A stretch of DNA of 64,000 nucleotides from an uncultured bacterium (lineage in GTDB: Bacteria; Chloroflexota; Dormibacteria; Aeolococcales; Aeolococcaceae). The stretch spans positions 269,007 to 333,006 of the forward strand of contig CAWJYZ010000002.1 of assembly GCA_963847225.1 (NCBI GenBank). The letters run 5' to 3'. Below the pieces are notes generated by a model that worked only from the letters and a program-made list of their open reading frames with translations, made no database searches and was not told the origin of the DNA. Of the stretch, positions 18,772 to 28,450 are shown piece after piece. How positions within the stretch are numbered: position 1 is the first letter of the stretch; every line of letters starts with the position of its first letter. The position numbers were made by a program, and so were the translations under genes.

Positions 18772-19710
18772 TCAGGCGACAGGGATCAGCCTGGGAAGGT
18801 CGGGAGACTCACTGATCTCGCGAAGCCTCGTCTCCTCCTCCGCGCTCAGGCCCCGGAGCGGAGCGCGCGCTGAGGTGTTCAGGGAGACCCCCCGCCAGCG
18901 CAGCATGGTCTTGAGGGCGGCGTGAAAGGGAAGAGACTGGATGGACTGGCGGACTCTGCCGGCTCTCTGGCTCGCCTCAACCGATGCCTCGCGCACGGCG
19001 GCGATGGTGAGCTCGGGCAGTGCGGCAGCCAGCCCCGAGACCGCGCCCACCGCTCCACCACGCAGCCCGGTCTCGATGAGGGCCTCAGCCCCGATGAAGA
19101 CGTCGAGACCCAGGCCCAGGTATGGTTGCACGCGATCGAAGGGTGCGTCCGAGACCTTGAGCCCCTGAAGATTGGGAGCTGACTCCTGGAGGCGGCCGAG
19201 CACGGGAAGTGGAACCGCGTACCCGCTCCGCGCCGCGAACTCATAGACGTAGAAAGGCGCGGGTGCGCAAGCTTGAGAGACGCTCAAGAGATGCCGGAAG
19301 AGGGCCTCCTCGTCGAGGGGGAAGTACGGCGGCGGTATCGCCGCCACCGCGTCGGCCCCGTGAGCCGTTGCATGGCCCGCGAGCTCCACGCTGTCCCGCG
19401 TTGATTGGGCGCCGCAGTGCACCACGATGCGCAGCCGCTCGTCGCGCTCGGTGAGAAATGCCTCCGCCACCCGACGCCGCTCCGCCGGCGAGAGGAGGAT
19501 GCCCTCGCCGGTCGTTCCCAGGATGAGCAGTCCATCGAGACCGCTCGCCGCATAGAAGGCCGCCAGCCCGCCGATAGCGGGGAGATCCACGGCATCACCC
19601 GCCGCGGTGAGCGGCGTCACCGCGGCGGCCAGAGCGCCCCGCAGCCGCTTCCCGGGCGGGGGCGCAAGGCTCCCCCCGGGATCAGAAGCGGCGGGGAGCT
19701 CGACCCGCAT
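18772..19710 (-). CDS. Dihydrodipicolinate synthase/N-acetylneuraminate lyase (DapA) family aldolase
   Basis: TIM-barrel DapA-family motifs TPLT, ILGTTGEG, YVYEF and the Schiff-base Lys in LQGLKVSD. Its start abuts the citrate synthase stop (19710/19712). Confidence 0.75.
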   Translation of the reverse strand: MRVELPAASDPGGSLAPPPGKRLRGALAAAVTPLTAAGDAVDLPAIGGLAAFYAASGLDGLLILGTTGEGILLSPAERRRVAEAFLTERDERLRIVVHCGAQSTRDSVELAGHATAHGADAVAAIPPPYFPLDEEALFRHLLSVSQACAPAPFYVYEFAARSGYAVPLPVLGRLQESAPNLQGLKVSDAPFDRVQPYLGLGLDVFIGAEALIETGLRGGAVGAVSGLAAALPELTIAAVREASVEASQRAGRVRQSIQSLPFHAALKTMLRWRGVSLNTSARAPLRGLSAEEETRLREISESPDLPRLIPVA

Positions 19711-19711
19711 C

Positions 19712-21031
19712 TCAGGCGGGGGAGGGTGCGAAGGCCGGGGCAGCAGCGGATCGGGCGGCGAGAGGAACGAAATCGCGGCGCGCCGGCCCGACGTAGAGCT
19801 GGCGGGGCCGGTAGATGCGCTGCTCCTTGTCGAGGAGGGACTCCTCCCACTGCGCCAGCCAGCCCGCGACGCGCGGGATGGCGAAGAGGACGGGGAACAT
19901 GGAGGTGGGAATGCCCATCGCCTGGTAGATGAAGCCGCTGTAGAAGTCGACGTTGGGATACAGCTTGCGGGAGATGAAGTATTCGTCCTCCAGAGCGATG
20001 CGCTCCAGCTCCTGGGCCACCTCCAGGAGGGGGGACGACCCGGTGACCGCGAGGACTTGGTCCGCCATCCGCTTGATGACCTTGGCCCGCGGATCGTAGT
20101 TCTTGTAGACGCGGTGACCGAAGCCCATCAGGCGTTCCCGGCCCGCCTTGACGGCGGCGATGAAATCCGGAATCGCCTCCACCGTCCGGATGCGCTCCAG
20201 CATGTGGACGACGGCCTCGTTGGCGCCGCCATGCAGGGGACCGTAGAGCGCCGCGATGGCGGCCGACGTCGCGGTGTACGGATCGGGATGAGACGAGCCG
20301 ACACAGCGCATCGCCGTGGTGGAGCAGTTCTGCTCGTGGTCGGCGTGAAGGATAAAGAGGACGTCCAGCGCCTTCTCGATCTCGGGCGAGGGCCGGTACC
20401 TCGGCTCCACCATCTTGAACATCATGCTCAGAAAGTTGCCCGCGAAGCTGAGCTCGTTGTCGGGCAGAACATAGTGCAGGCCGAGGTGGTATCGATAGGT
20501 GAGCGCTGCCAGGGTGGGCATCTTGGCGATCAGACGATAGATGGAGATGCGGCGCTGCGCCTCGTCGTGAATGCTGATGGCCTCAGGATAGAAGGTCGAC
20601 AGCGCTCCCACCACCGAGACCAGCATGGACATGGGATGGGCATCGTGGTGGAAGCCGTTGATGAAGTTCTTGATGTTCTCGTGCACCATCGTGTGAATGG
20701 TGATCTCATGGATCCATTCGTCCGCCTGCTCCCGTGTGGGCAGCTCGCCATGGATCAGTAGATAGGCGACCTCCAGGAAGGTGCTCCTCTCGGCAAGCTG
20801 TTCGATGGGGTAGCCACGGTAGAGGAGCACACCGGCGTCACCGTCGATGTAGGTGATGCTGCTGCGACAGCTCGCCGTGTTCATGAAAGCCGGGTCGTAG
20901 CAGGCGATGCCGTGGTCTCCCGGCTCCAGGTGCATCTGCTCGAAGGCCGTGGAGCGAACTGCCCCCTGCTCCACCGGAACCTCGAAGGTCCGGCCGGTGC
21001 GGTTGTCGGTGATCGTCAGAGTGTCGCTCAT
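19712..21031 (-). CDS. Citrate synthase
   Basis: ATG at 21031 (MSDTLTITDNRTGRTFEVPVEQG), with a GGAGAAGG RBS. The signature GYGHRVYKNYDPRA is present. 439 aa. The ORF-track start at 21202 is an upstream extension. Confidence 0.9.
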   Translation of the reverse strand: MSDTLTITDNRTGRTFEVPVEQGAVRSTAFEQMHLEPGDHGIACYDPAFMNTASCRSSITYIDGDAGVLLYRGYPIEQLAERSTFLEVAYLLIHGELPTREQADEWIHEITIHTMVHENIKNFINGFHHDAHPMSMLVSVVGALSTFYPEAISIHDEAQRRISIYRLIAKMPTLAALTYRYHLGLHYVLPDNELSFAGNFLSMMFKMVEPRYRPSPEIEKALDVLFILHADHEQNCSTTAMRCVGSSHPDPYTATSAAIAALYGPLHGGANEAVVHMLERIRTVEAIPDFIAAVKAGRERLMGFGHRVYKNYDPRAKVIKRMADQVLAVTGSSPLLEVAQELERIALEDEYFISRKLYPNVDFYSGFIYQAMGIPTSMFPVLFAIPRVAGWLAQWEESLLDKEQRIYRPRQLYVGPARRDFVPLAARSAAAPAFAPSPA

Positions 21032-21086
21032 CTCTCTCCGAACCTTCTCCTTGGACCGCTCACTTATACTCGTGTCCCAGCCCACG

Positions 21087-22352
21087 ATGCGCAGCCTTCT
21101 CTCCGCCAGCCGCCTCAGGGGCAGCCCGGCGGAGACGCATCCGGGGGGCGGTCCGCACACCGTGCGGGACACCGTCGGGGCGGTGATGGCGTCGACGGCC
21201 ACGGCGCTCGCCGTCTTCTTGGTGGGAGCGCTCGCCGTGCAGATGCGCTCCTCGCTCCACCTCAGCCTCAGCGGCCTCGGAGCGACGGTGAGCCTCTACT
21301 ATCTGGCGGCGGCGGCGGGCTCGGTTCCGGCGGGACGGCTCGCCGAACGCCTGGGCAGCGTCCCGACGATGCGGGCCGCCGCCGTTGCCGGGGCGGTGAC
21401 CCTCCTCGTGATGGCCCTCCTCGCCACGTCCTTCGCCACTCTCGCCGCCTTCATGGTGCTGGCCGGGCTGGCCAGCGCGTGCATGCAGCCGGCCACCAAC
21501 CGCTTCCTCATCCGGCGCATCCCCGAGCATCGCCAGGGGCTGGCCTTCGGGATCAAGCAGTCATCGATCCCCTTCTCCGCTTTCCTGGCCGGGCTCGCGG
21601 TGCCGGCTATCGCCCTCACCGTCGGCTGGCGGTGGGCGTTCGCCGCCGCCGCGGCGCTGGCCGCAGGCGCCGCGCTGCTCATTCCAGGACGGCGAGGTCG
21701 GAAGCAGCGGGAGCGGCCTGCCCACACCGCCCGAGGACGCGGCGAGGCCATGGCGCTCGGCGTGCTGGCGATCGGCTTCGGTCTGGGCATCTTCGCGACG
21801 ACGGGGCTCACCGCGTTCCTCGTGCTCTCCGCGGTCGCAGCCGGGATCGGCGAGGCCACCGCGGGGCTGGTGGCCGCGCTGGCCGGGGCCGGAGCGGTGA
21901 TCGCCAGGATCGTCACCGGAGCTCAGGCCGATCGTCGTGGCCACTCCCACTACGGCATCATCGCCGCCATGCTGACCACCGGAGTCGCCGGCTATGTCGC
22001 CCTGGCGGTCGGCTCGGCCACGGGCAGCGGGGCGGTCTTCGTGGCCGGAGCGATAGTCGCTTTTGCGGCGGGCTGGGGCTGGAACGGGTTGTTCAACTTC
22101 GCCGTCTCGCGCAGCTACGCTGGGGCGCCCGCGAGGGCTACCGGGGTGACCCAGGCCGCCGGCAGGCTGGCCGGGGTGGTCGGTCCGCTCGTGTTTAGCC
22201 TGATGGTGGTCCACCTCTCCTACGCGGCTGCGTGGCTGATGGCGGCCGGCCTCGCTCTCGCCGGCGCCGTCGTCATCTTGCTGGGCGGGAGCGCCGTCGC
22301 CGCCGCGCAACGGAAGCTCTCGGCGGTGGCAGCGGGGGACCCCGGGCGGTGA
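21087..22352 (+). CDS. MFS transporter
   Basis: 12 hydrophobic segments. It is divergent from the citrate synthase operon. Start ATG at 21087 (MRSLLSAS..), or possibly 21185. Confidence 0.7.
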   Translation: MRSLLSASRLRGSPAETHPGGGPHTVRDTVGAVMASTATALAVFLVGALAVQMRSSLHLSLSGLGATVSLYYLAAAAGSVPAGRLAERLGSVPTMRAAAVAGAVTLLVMALLATSFATLAAFMVLAGLASACMQPATNRFLIRRIPEHRQGLAFGIKQSSIPFSAFLAGLAVPAIALTVGWRWAFAAAAALAAGAALLIPGRRGRKQRERPAHTARGRGEAMALGVLAIGFGLGIFATTGLTAFLVLSAVAAGIGEATAGLVAALAGAGAVIARIVTGAQADRRGHSHYGIIAAMLTTGVAGYVALAVGSATGSGAVFVAGAIVAFAAGWGWNGLFNFAVSRSYAGAPARATGVTQAAGRLAGVVGPLVFSLMVVHLSYAAAWLMAAGLALAGAVVILLGGSAVAAAQRKLSAVAAGDPGR

Positions 22353-22579
22353 GCGCCGTGCCATCGACCCAACCACTCGCCGACCAGGTGGCAGCCTGGA
22401 CCGACGGCTGGCTTGGCTATCGGCGGCCCAGCCTTGGCATCACGGCTCTCCGAGGTCGGTGCCGGTGATCCCCGCCTCGGACTTCATATTATGTGATAGC
22501 CTGACTGTAAGAGAAAGGGCTGAAGTCGACGCTGTTGGGAGGTCCAAGCCTGGGTCAGGACGACTCTGCGCCGGCGGAA

Positions 22580-23995
22580 ATGCAGGTGTCACCGATCCCC
22601 CTGCGCCGGCTCAGCACGGTGATCGGCGACGAGGCGACCGAGGCCCTGCTCGCCGACGCGGACAGCTTCCGCGTGGCCCTGAGGGGGCGCACCATCTGGA
22701 ACGTCAACTCCACCTCGACGAGCGGTGGCGTCGCCGAGCTGCTCCAGTCGCTCGTCGCCTACGGTCGAGGCGCGGGGTGCGACGAACGCTGGATCCTGGT
22801 GCGCGGGGACGAGGACTTCTTCCGCATCACCAAGACCATCCATAACCGCTTGCACGGCAGCGCCCACGCCGACGATCGCCTCGGCGCGAGGGCTCGCCAG
22901 CTCTACGAGGAGGTGCTCGATGGCAACGCCACGCGCCTCGCTGCCTGCATCGGTCCCGAGGACGTGGTCATCGCTCACGATCCGCAGACGGCGGGGCTGA
23001 TCCCATTCCTCAAGCGGCGCGGCACCACCGTTCTCTGGCGCTGTCACGTCGGCGTCGACAAGCCCGACGCCGTTGTGCGCAGCGCCTGGGATTTCCTGCG
23101 TCCCTATGTGGTCGGGGCGGATCGCCTCATCTTCTCCAGCCCCTCCTTCGTGTGGGAGGGCCTGCCGACCGAACGCGTGGCCATCGTCCCCCCGGCGATC
23201 GATCCGCTGGCGGTGAAGAACCACGATCTGCCGCCGGAGAACGTGAGCGGCATCCTGAGAGCCGCCGGTATCGCCACCGCCGATGGAGATGGCGCAGCCT
23301 TTGTCCGACACGATGGAAGCACGGGGCACGTCACCCGTCGCGTCGCCGCCGTTCCCGGCGCGCCCGTCGAACCTGAAGTGCCCCTCGTGGTGCAGGTATC
23401 CCGCTGGGACCGCCTCAAGGATCCGGCGGGTGTTCTGCGTGCCTTCCAGGTCCATGTGGCACCGCGGACGGAGGCCCATCTCATCCTGGCCGGACCCGCC
23501 GTGGCCTCGGATAGTGACGACCCGGAGGGGCGAGAGGTGCAGGCGGAGATGATCGCGGCCTGGCACGATCTTCCCGAGTGGGTGGCGCGCCGGACGCATC
23601 TCTTGAGTGTTCCCCTCGACGACCTCGAGGAGAACGCGGCCATCATCAACGCACTGCAGCGGCGGGCAACCGTGGTGGTGCAGAAGAGCCTCGCTGAGGG
23701 CTTCGGCCTCACGGTCTCCGAGGCCATGTGGAAAGGGCGCCCGGTGGTGGCCAGCGGGCTGGGCGGCATCGGCGACCAGATCGAGGACGGCCGCTCGGGG
23801 TTTCTCGTCGATCCCCGTGATCTTGCAGGCTTCGGGGAGGCGGTGAACGCCCTGCTCGGTGACAGGAGCCGGGCGGCGGCGGTGGGTCGCGCGGCGAGGG
23901 CGAGAGTTCGCAAGGACTTCCTGGTCTCTCGCCACCTCCGCCAGCAGTGGGCAGTGGTGGGTTCCGTGCTCCGGCCTCCACGCCCTCCGGGCTGA
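22580..23995 (+). CDS. treT: Trehalose glycosyltransferring synthase (TreT-like, GT4)
   Basis: It matches TreT blocks: NVNSTSTSGGVAELLQSLV, VLWRCHVGVDKPD, VVQVSRWDRLKDP and EGFGLTVSEAMWKGRPVVASGLGGIGDQIEDGRSGFLV. Confidence 0.8.
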   Translation: MQVSPIPLRRLSTVIGDEATEALLADADSFRVALRGRTIWNVNSTSTSGGVAELLQSLVAYGRGAGCDERWILVRGDEDFFRITKTIHNRLHGSAHADDRLGARARQLYEEVLDGNATRLAACIGPEDVVIAHDPQTAGLIPFLKRRGTTVLWRCHVGVDKPDAVVRSAWDFLRPYVVGADRLIFSSPSFVWEGLPTERVAIVPPAIDPLAVKNHDLPPENVSGILRAAGIATADGDGAAFVRHDGSTGHVTRRVAAVPGAPVEPEVPLVVQVSRWDRLKDPAGVLRAFQVHVAPRTEAHLILAGPAVASDSDDPEGREVQAEMIAAWHDLPEWVARRTHLLSVPLDDLEENAAIINALQRRATVVVQKSLAEGFGLTVSEAMWKGRPVVASGLGGIGDQIEDGRSGFLVDPRDLAGFGEAVNALLGDRSRAAAVGRAARARVRKDFLVSRHLRQQWAVVGSVLRPPRPPG

Positions 23996-24080
23996 GCCGC
24001 GCGCCGGGGTCCCATCCCACCGCGACGGACCGCCTCGCCATGGCCGGCTGGCGTGGCCGGCTTATGATGTCGCCCTCGCC

Positions 24081-25511
24081 ATGCAGACCGTGGTTGCCGG
24101 CGGCCTTCTCCCGCACGCCTCGCCCGGATACGCGTTCACCGCGCGCTGCCGGCTTCAGAACACGCCGGGGACGCTCGGCCGGCTGACCTCGGAGATTGGC
24201 CGGCTTGGCGGCGACATCCGAGCCATCGACATCGTGAGTGTCGATCACCACAGCATCGTCCGCGACATCACCATCCTCGGGGCCAGTGCCGAGCATGTCG
24301 AGCGCTTGGTGCGGGCCATCGCCGGGCTGCCCGGCATCGAGCTCCTCGAATACTCGGACCGCGTCTTCGCCGCGCACCGAGGCGGCAAGATCACCATCAC
24401 CGCCAAGGCTCCGGTGCGCACGCGTGACGACCTCTCGATGGTGTACACGCCCGGCGTCGCGAGGGTCTGCGCCGCCATCGCCGCCGATCCCGAGCGCGTC
24501 CGTGACCTCACCATCAAGAGGAACTGTGTCGCGGTGGTGAGCGACGGCAGCGCCGTGCTCGGTCTCGGCAACCTCGGTCCGGAGGCCTCTCTGCCCGTGC
24601 TCGAGGGCAAGGCCCTGCTCTTCAAGGAGCTGGCCGACGTCAACGCCTTCCCCCTCGCTCTGGCGACGCAGGACGCCGATGCCATCATCGCCGTGGTGCG
24701 GGCCGTGGCCCCCGTTTTCGGTGGCATCAACTTGGAGGACATCGCCGCGCCGCGCTGCTTCGCGGTGGAGAGCAGGCTGGCCGAGGTGCTCGACATTCCC
24801 GTCTTCCACGACGATCAGCACGGCACGGCGGTCGTGGTCCTTGCCGCGCTGCTCAATGCCCTGCGTGTGGTCGGCAAGCAGATCGCCGACATCCGGGTCG
24901 TGGTCCTCGGTTGCGGCGCCGCCGGCGGTGCCGTCATCCGCCTGATGCTGGCCGCGGGCGCGCGCGACGTCGTGGGGGTCGACCGGGTGGGAGTGCTCCA
25001 CCCGGATATTCCCGGCCTGGAGCCGCACCTCCTGGCGCTGGCGCAGATCTCCAACCCACGCCAGTTGCACGGCTCCCTGCGGGACGCTCTCAGCGGCGCT
25101 GACGTCTTCGTCGGCGCCAGCGCCGGCGGCCTCCTGCGGCGCTCTGATCTCGAGCTGATGGCTCCCGGTCCCATCGTCTTTGCGCTGGCCAACCCCGATC
25201 CAGAGATCGCCCCCGAGGCGGCCGACGGCATCGCCGCGGTCATCGCCACAGGACGCAGCGATTATCCCAACCAGATCAACAACGTGCTCTGCTTTCCCGG
25301 CTTCTTCCGTGGGTTGCTGGACTGCGGAGCGCGGCGCGTGACCGAGGCGATGAAGCTCGCTGCCGCCACCGCCATCGCCGACCTCGCCGCACACGCTGGA
25401 CTGCATCCCGAGCACATCCTGCCCGCGGTGCTGAACCGTGAGGTCGCCCCGGCCGTCGCCGCCGCCGTGCGCGAGGCGGCGACACCCGAGGTCTCGCGCC
25501 CTCCCGCCTGA
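24081..25511 (+). CDS. Malic enzyme (malate dehydrogenase, oxaloacetate-decarboxylating) with an N-terminal ACT domain
   Basis: ATG at 24081 (MQTVVAGG...). An ACT-like region comes first (RLQNTPGTLGRLTSEIGRLGGDIRAIDIVS). The malic enzyme core follows (VYTPGVARVCAAIA, GGINLEDIAAP, FHDDQHGTAVVVLAALLNAL, VVLGCGAAGGAV). Confidence 0.85.
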   Translation: MQTVVAGGLLPHASPGYAFTARCRLQNTPGTLGRLTSEIGRLGGDIRAIDIVSVDHHSIVRDITILGASAEHVERLVRAIAGLPGIELLEYSDRVFAAHRGGKITITAKAPVRTRDDLSMVYTPGVARVCAAIAADPERVRDLTIKRNCVAVVSDGSAVLGLGNLGPEASLPVLEGKALLFKELADVNAFPLALATQDADAIIAVVRAVAPVFGGINLEDIAAPRCFAVESRLAEVLDIPVFHDDQHGTAVVVLAALLNALRVVGKQIADIRVVVLGCGAAGGAVIRLMLAAGARDVVGVDRVGVLHPDIPGLEPHLLALAQISNPRQLHGSLRDALSGADVFVGASAGGLLRRSDLELMAPGPIVFALANPDPEIAPEAADGIAAVIATGRSDYPNQINNVLCFPGFFRGLLDCGARRVTEAMKLAAATAIADLAAHAGLHPEHILPAVLNREVAPAVAAAVREAATPEVSRPPA

Positions 25512-25551
25512 CCGAGGCGCCGCCGCAGGCGGTCAGGGAGGCCGGGTGAGC

Positions 25552-26094
25552 TCAGCTCTCTGCGTGGGGCGGCCGGTGTCCTGGCCGCTGACGCTTCGGC
25601 CCGCCGGCGACCGGTCCCGGACGCGGTCCGTGGCCGTGGGGGGGCGGCGGGTGACCCTCGGGGTAGTGCTCCTCATCCATCCCCGTGACGTCGCGGAAGG
25701 CCTTGCGCTGGTAGAGGATGCGCAGGGCCAGCTCGGTGAGGGCGGGAAGATCCTGGTCCCGACCGGCGCGACGGACCTCGCGCTCGGCCAGCTCCTTCAG
25801 CATCTGCAGGCCATCGAGGGAGACCCCAGCTTCGACCAGGCGCTTGGTGAGCCGGGCGATGGCGGTGTCCCTCGGCGAGTAGCGAAGCTTGCCGTGCTCG
25901 CGAGAGGGGCTGATGAGGCCGAGCTCCTCCCAGTAGCGGAGGATCCGGGGACTGACTCCGGTTCGCTCCGAGAGCCTGGGGATGGCGACAAGCTCCTCGT
26001 CGTCGCCCACGGCCGAGAGCGGTGGGGCCGGGGGAGGAGGCGGATTGGGGGGCGGCTCTGGCCCGCCCGGCGGAGGGTAATCCGACATGATCAT
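25552..26094 (-). CDS. MerR-family transcriptional regulator with Pro-rich N-terminus and His/Pro-rich C-terminus
   Basis: ATG at 26094 (MIMSDYPPPGG..). MerR helix-turn-helix (IPRLSERTGVSPRILRYWEELGLISPSRE). C-terminal tail HYPEGHPPPPHGHGPRPGP. Confidence 0.7.
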   Translation of the reverse strand: MIMSDYPPPGGPEPPPNPPPPPAPPLSAVGDDEELVAIPRLSERTGVSPRILRYWEELGLISPSREHGKLRYSPRDTAIARLTKRLVEAGVSLDGLQMLKELAEREVRRAGRDQDLPALTELALRILYQRKAFRDVTGMDEEHYPEGHPPPPHGHGPRPGPVAGGPKRQRPGHRPPHAES

Positions 26095-26151
26095 GTAAAA
26101 TCGGCGCAGAGCATACCGAGCCTCCACTGGGCCCATGGGGGAAGCCAAAAG

Positions 26152-27228
26152 ATGAGATTGCTGACGGCCGTCGGAGCGCGCCCCGCGCCGAGATCGAGAA
26201 GTGACACGATGTTGACACCTCGAGATCCCGTGCGGAGGGCCACGTGGGGATTGGCCCTGAGCCTCGCGGCAGCCGCCCTTCTGGTGCGACGCAGCCTCCT
26301 CCTGGAGGCCGCCTCGTCCACCTGGCAGCCATTCCTGACCCTGGCCGGCGTCCTCGCCGGCGGTCTGGTCATCGACTCCCTCGGTGCCTTCCGTCGCCTT
26401 GCCGGGATCCTGGTGCCCGCTGCTGCCCCCGATTGGATGGCCGCCGCCGGCACCCTCGTGCTCACCGCCCTGGTGAGCGGCCTGGTGAACCTCGACGTCG
26501 CCGTCGTCGTCGCCGTGCCGCCGGCCATCGCCGTGGCCCGCGAGCGGCAGTGGAGGGGAGGCCAGATCGCCGTCGCCGTCGCTCTCACGGCCAACTCCAC
26601 CTCGTTCCTCCTGCCCACCTCCAACGTCACCACACTCCTCGTGCTCGACCATGCTCCCATCTCGCCCTGGAGGTACGCGGAGAGAAGCTGGGTGGCCTGG
26701 CTGCTGGTGACCGCGCTCACGGTGGCCGTGCTCTCAACCCACCTGGCTCATGGTCACCGCGGCCGATCGCGGGTGCGCACCCCGAGCGACGCCCGCGCCG
26801 GCATGGAGCGGGACGCCAGCTTCTCCAGCCGGGCCCTCGCCCTCCTCGACCTCCTGCCGATGTTCGCCGCCGCGGCGGCGATCCGCGCGCTGCTGGTCGG
26901 AGGGTTGCGCCCGGGCGGCGGCCTCCTGCCCGATCTCCTTCAGACCAACCTCCTCGCTGCCGGTGTCAACAACCTGCCGGCAGCGGCAGCCATGGCGCCG
27001 GCCGGATCGGTGGGCCGCTGGGCTGCGGTGCTGGGGCTCGCCATCGGCCCCAACCTGGTCCTCACCGGCTCCATTGCCAGCCTCATCGCCCGGCGCCTGG
27101 CCATGCACGCCGGGACACGCTTCCCCGTGATGGAGTTCAGCGCGCTGGGGGGGGCGATGCTGCCCCTGCAGCTCCTCCTGGCCCTCCTGGGTCTCGCCGT
27201 CTCCGGAGCCGCGGGCCTCCGTCTCTGA
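26152..27228 (+). CDS. Integral membrane permease of the ArsB/NhaD-like ion transporter superfamily (tentative)
   Basis: ATG at 26152. About 10 hydrophobic segments. Divergent from the MerR gene. Confidence 0.5.
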   Translation: MRLLTAVGARPAPRSRSDTMLTPRDPVRRATWGLALSLAAAALLVRRSLLLEAASSTWQPFLTLAGVLAGGLVIDSLGAFRRLAGILVPAAAPDWMAAAGTLVLTALVSGLVNLDVAVVVAVPPAIAVARERQWRGGQIAVAVALTANSTSFLLPTSNVTTLLVLDHAPISPWRYAERSWVAWLLVTALTVAVLSTHLAHGHRGRSRVRTPSDARAGMERDASFSSRALALLDLLPMFAAAAAIRALLVGGLRPGGGLLPDLLQTNLLAAGVNNLPAAAAMAPAGSVGRWAAVLGLAIGPNLVLTGSIASLIARRLAMHAGTRFPVMEFSALGGAMLPLQLLLALLGLAVSGAAGLRL

Positions 27229-27325
27229 CGAGCTCGGGGGTGCGAGTATCGCCTGGGAAGACCAGGAAGCCGAGCCAGCCCTGCTCGCGCGCCATGAGCG
27301 GCGGAGCGAGCCTCCCCGGCCGGGC

Positions 27326-28408
27326 TCACCCGGCGGAGACGGAGTAGTTGAGCACTCCGTCGAGCTCGGTCGCGGTGAGCGCGCCGCGCGCGACCAGCAG
27401 CTCGAGATGAGCCGCGGTCTCGATGACCGCGAGAAGCCGATTGAAGAGGTCGAGGTCGCCGTAGCGGCGGTCGTGGCGCGTCCAGCGCAGGGATCGGGCC
27501 ACGTCGAGAACGGTGCTGTCGCCCGAGCGCACCGCGGATGTGCAGGCATCGAGCCGCGCGGCGTGGTGCTCGGCGAGGGCGTCGACCCGGTCCGCCAGGC
27601 CGGTGAACTCCGGACCGTGGGCGGGAAGCACAAGCTCCACGGGAAGCGGGCGGACCCGCGCCAGGGAGGTGAGGAAATCGGTGAGGGCCCGCCCATCGGT
27701 GTAGGGCTCGAAACCGATGGACGGCGTGATGTGAGGGAGGATGTGGTCGCCGGCGAAGAGGAGGTGATCGTCCCGGTCGAGGAAGACGACATGGCCGCGG
27801 GTGTGGCCGGGGGTGGCGATGATCTCCAGGCTCCGCGAGCGCAGCTCGACCGTCGCCCCCGCCTCGGCGTAGAGGTCGGGAGGGCCCCAGAGGCCGAGGT
27901 CGCGAGGGATCCCACCGAAGCCTCCGCCGCGCATCATGGCCTCCACCTCGGCGGAGAGGGAGGCCGCGCCCCAGCGGCTCATCTGCCGGCGGTGCGCATC
28001 CCGCGCCTCGAGGGCGCTTCCCTCATCGAGGGCGGTCTCCAGGGAGCGGCGCTCCCCGGCGCCGAGGAGCACCGAGGCCCGGGACTCCCGACGAAGGCGG
28101 GTCGCCTGGCCGTAGTGGTCGCGGTGCATGTGGGTGACGAGCACGCGCTCGACGTCTCCCAGAGCGGCCCCGATCGTAGCCAGGCCCCGCTCCAACGCCG
28201 TCCAGCACTCCTCCCGCTGCCAGCCGGCGTCGACGAGGGCGACCCGCTCGCCGTCCTCCAGGACGTAGACGTTGACGGCGCGGAGCCCGTCGCCGGGAAG
28301 AGGCAGCGGGATCCGATGCACCCGGGGAGCTACCGTGTAGACGCCCGGCTCGGACCACGCTCCCGCGCCGGCCCGCTCCTCGGGCGAGAGCGGGGCGATG
28401 GGGACCAC
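27326..28408 (-). CDS. MBL-fold metallo-hydrolase
   Basis: Metallo-beta-lactamase-fold motif THMHRDHYG, plus DAGW and HTRGHVVF. Confidence 0.8.
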   Translation of the reverse strand: MVPIAPLSPEERAGAGAWSEPGVYTVAPRVHRIPLPLPGDGLRAVNVYVLEDGERVALVDAGWQREECWTALERGLATIGAALGDVERVLVTHMHRDHYGQATRLRRESRASVLLGAGERRSLETALDEGSALEARDAHRRQMSRWGAASLSAEVEAMMRGGGFGGIPRDLGLWGPPDLYAEAGATVELRSRSLEIIATPGHTRGHVVFLDRDDHLLFAGDHILPHITPSIGFEPYTDGRALTDFLTSLARVRPLPVELVLPAHGPEFTGLADRVDALAEHHAARLDACTSAVRSGDSTVLDVARSLRWTRHDRRYGDLDLFNRLLAVIETAAHLELLVARGALTATELDGVLNYSVSAG

Positions 28409-28450
28409 GGCGGAAGCCTACCCGCTCGCGGGCGCGGCACCGGCCGCCCC

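Noticed and set aside
23709-25415. 568-aa minus-strand ORF
   Set aside because: It is antisense to the malic enzyme gene.
27407-28450. The N-terminal 348 aa of the long ORF that contains hutH
   Set aside because: It is antisense to the MBL hydrolase gene. The HAL homology starts only at about 28451.
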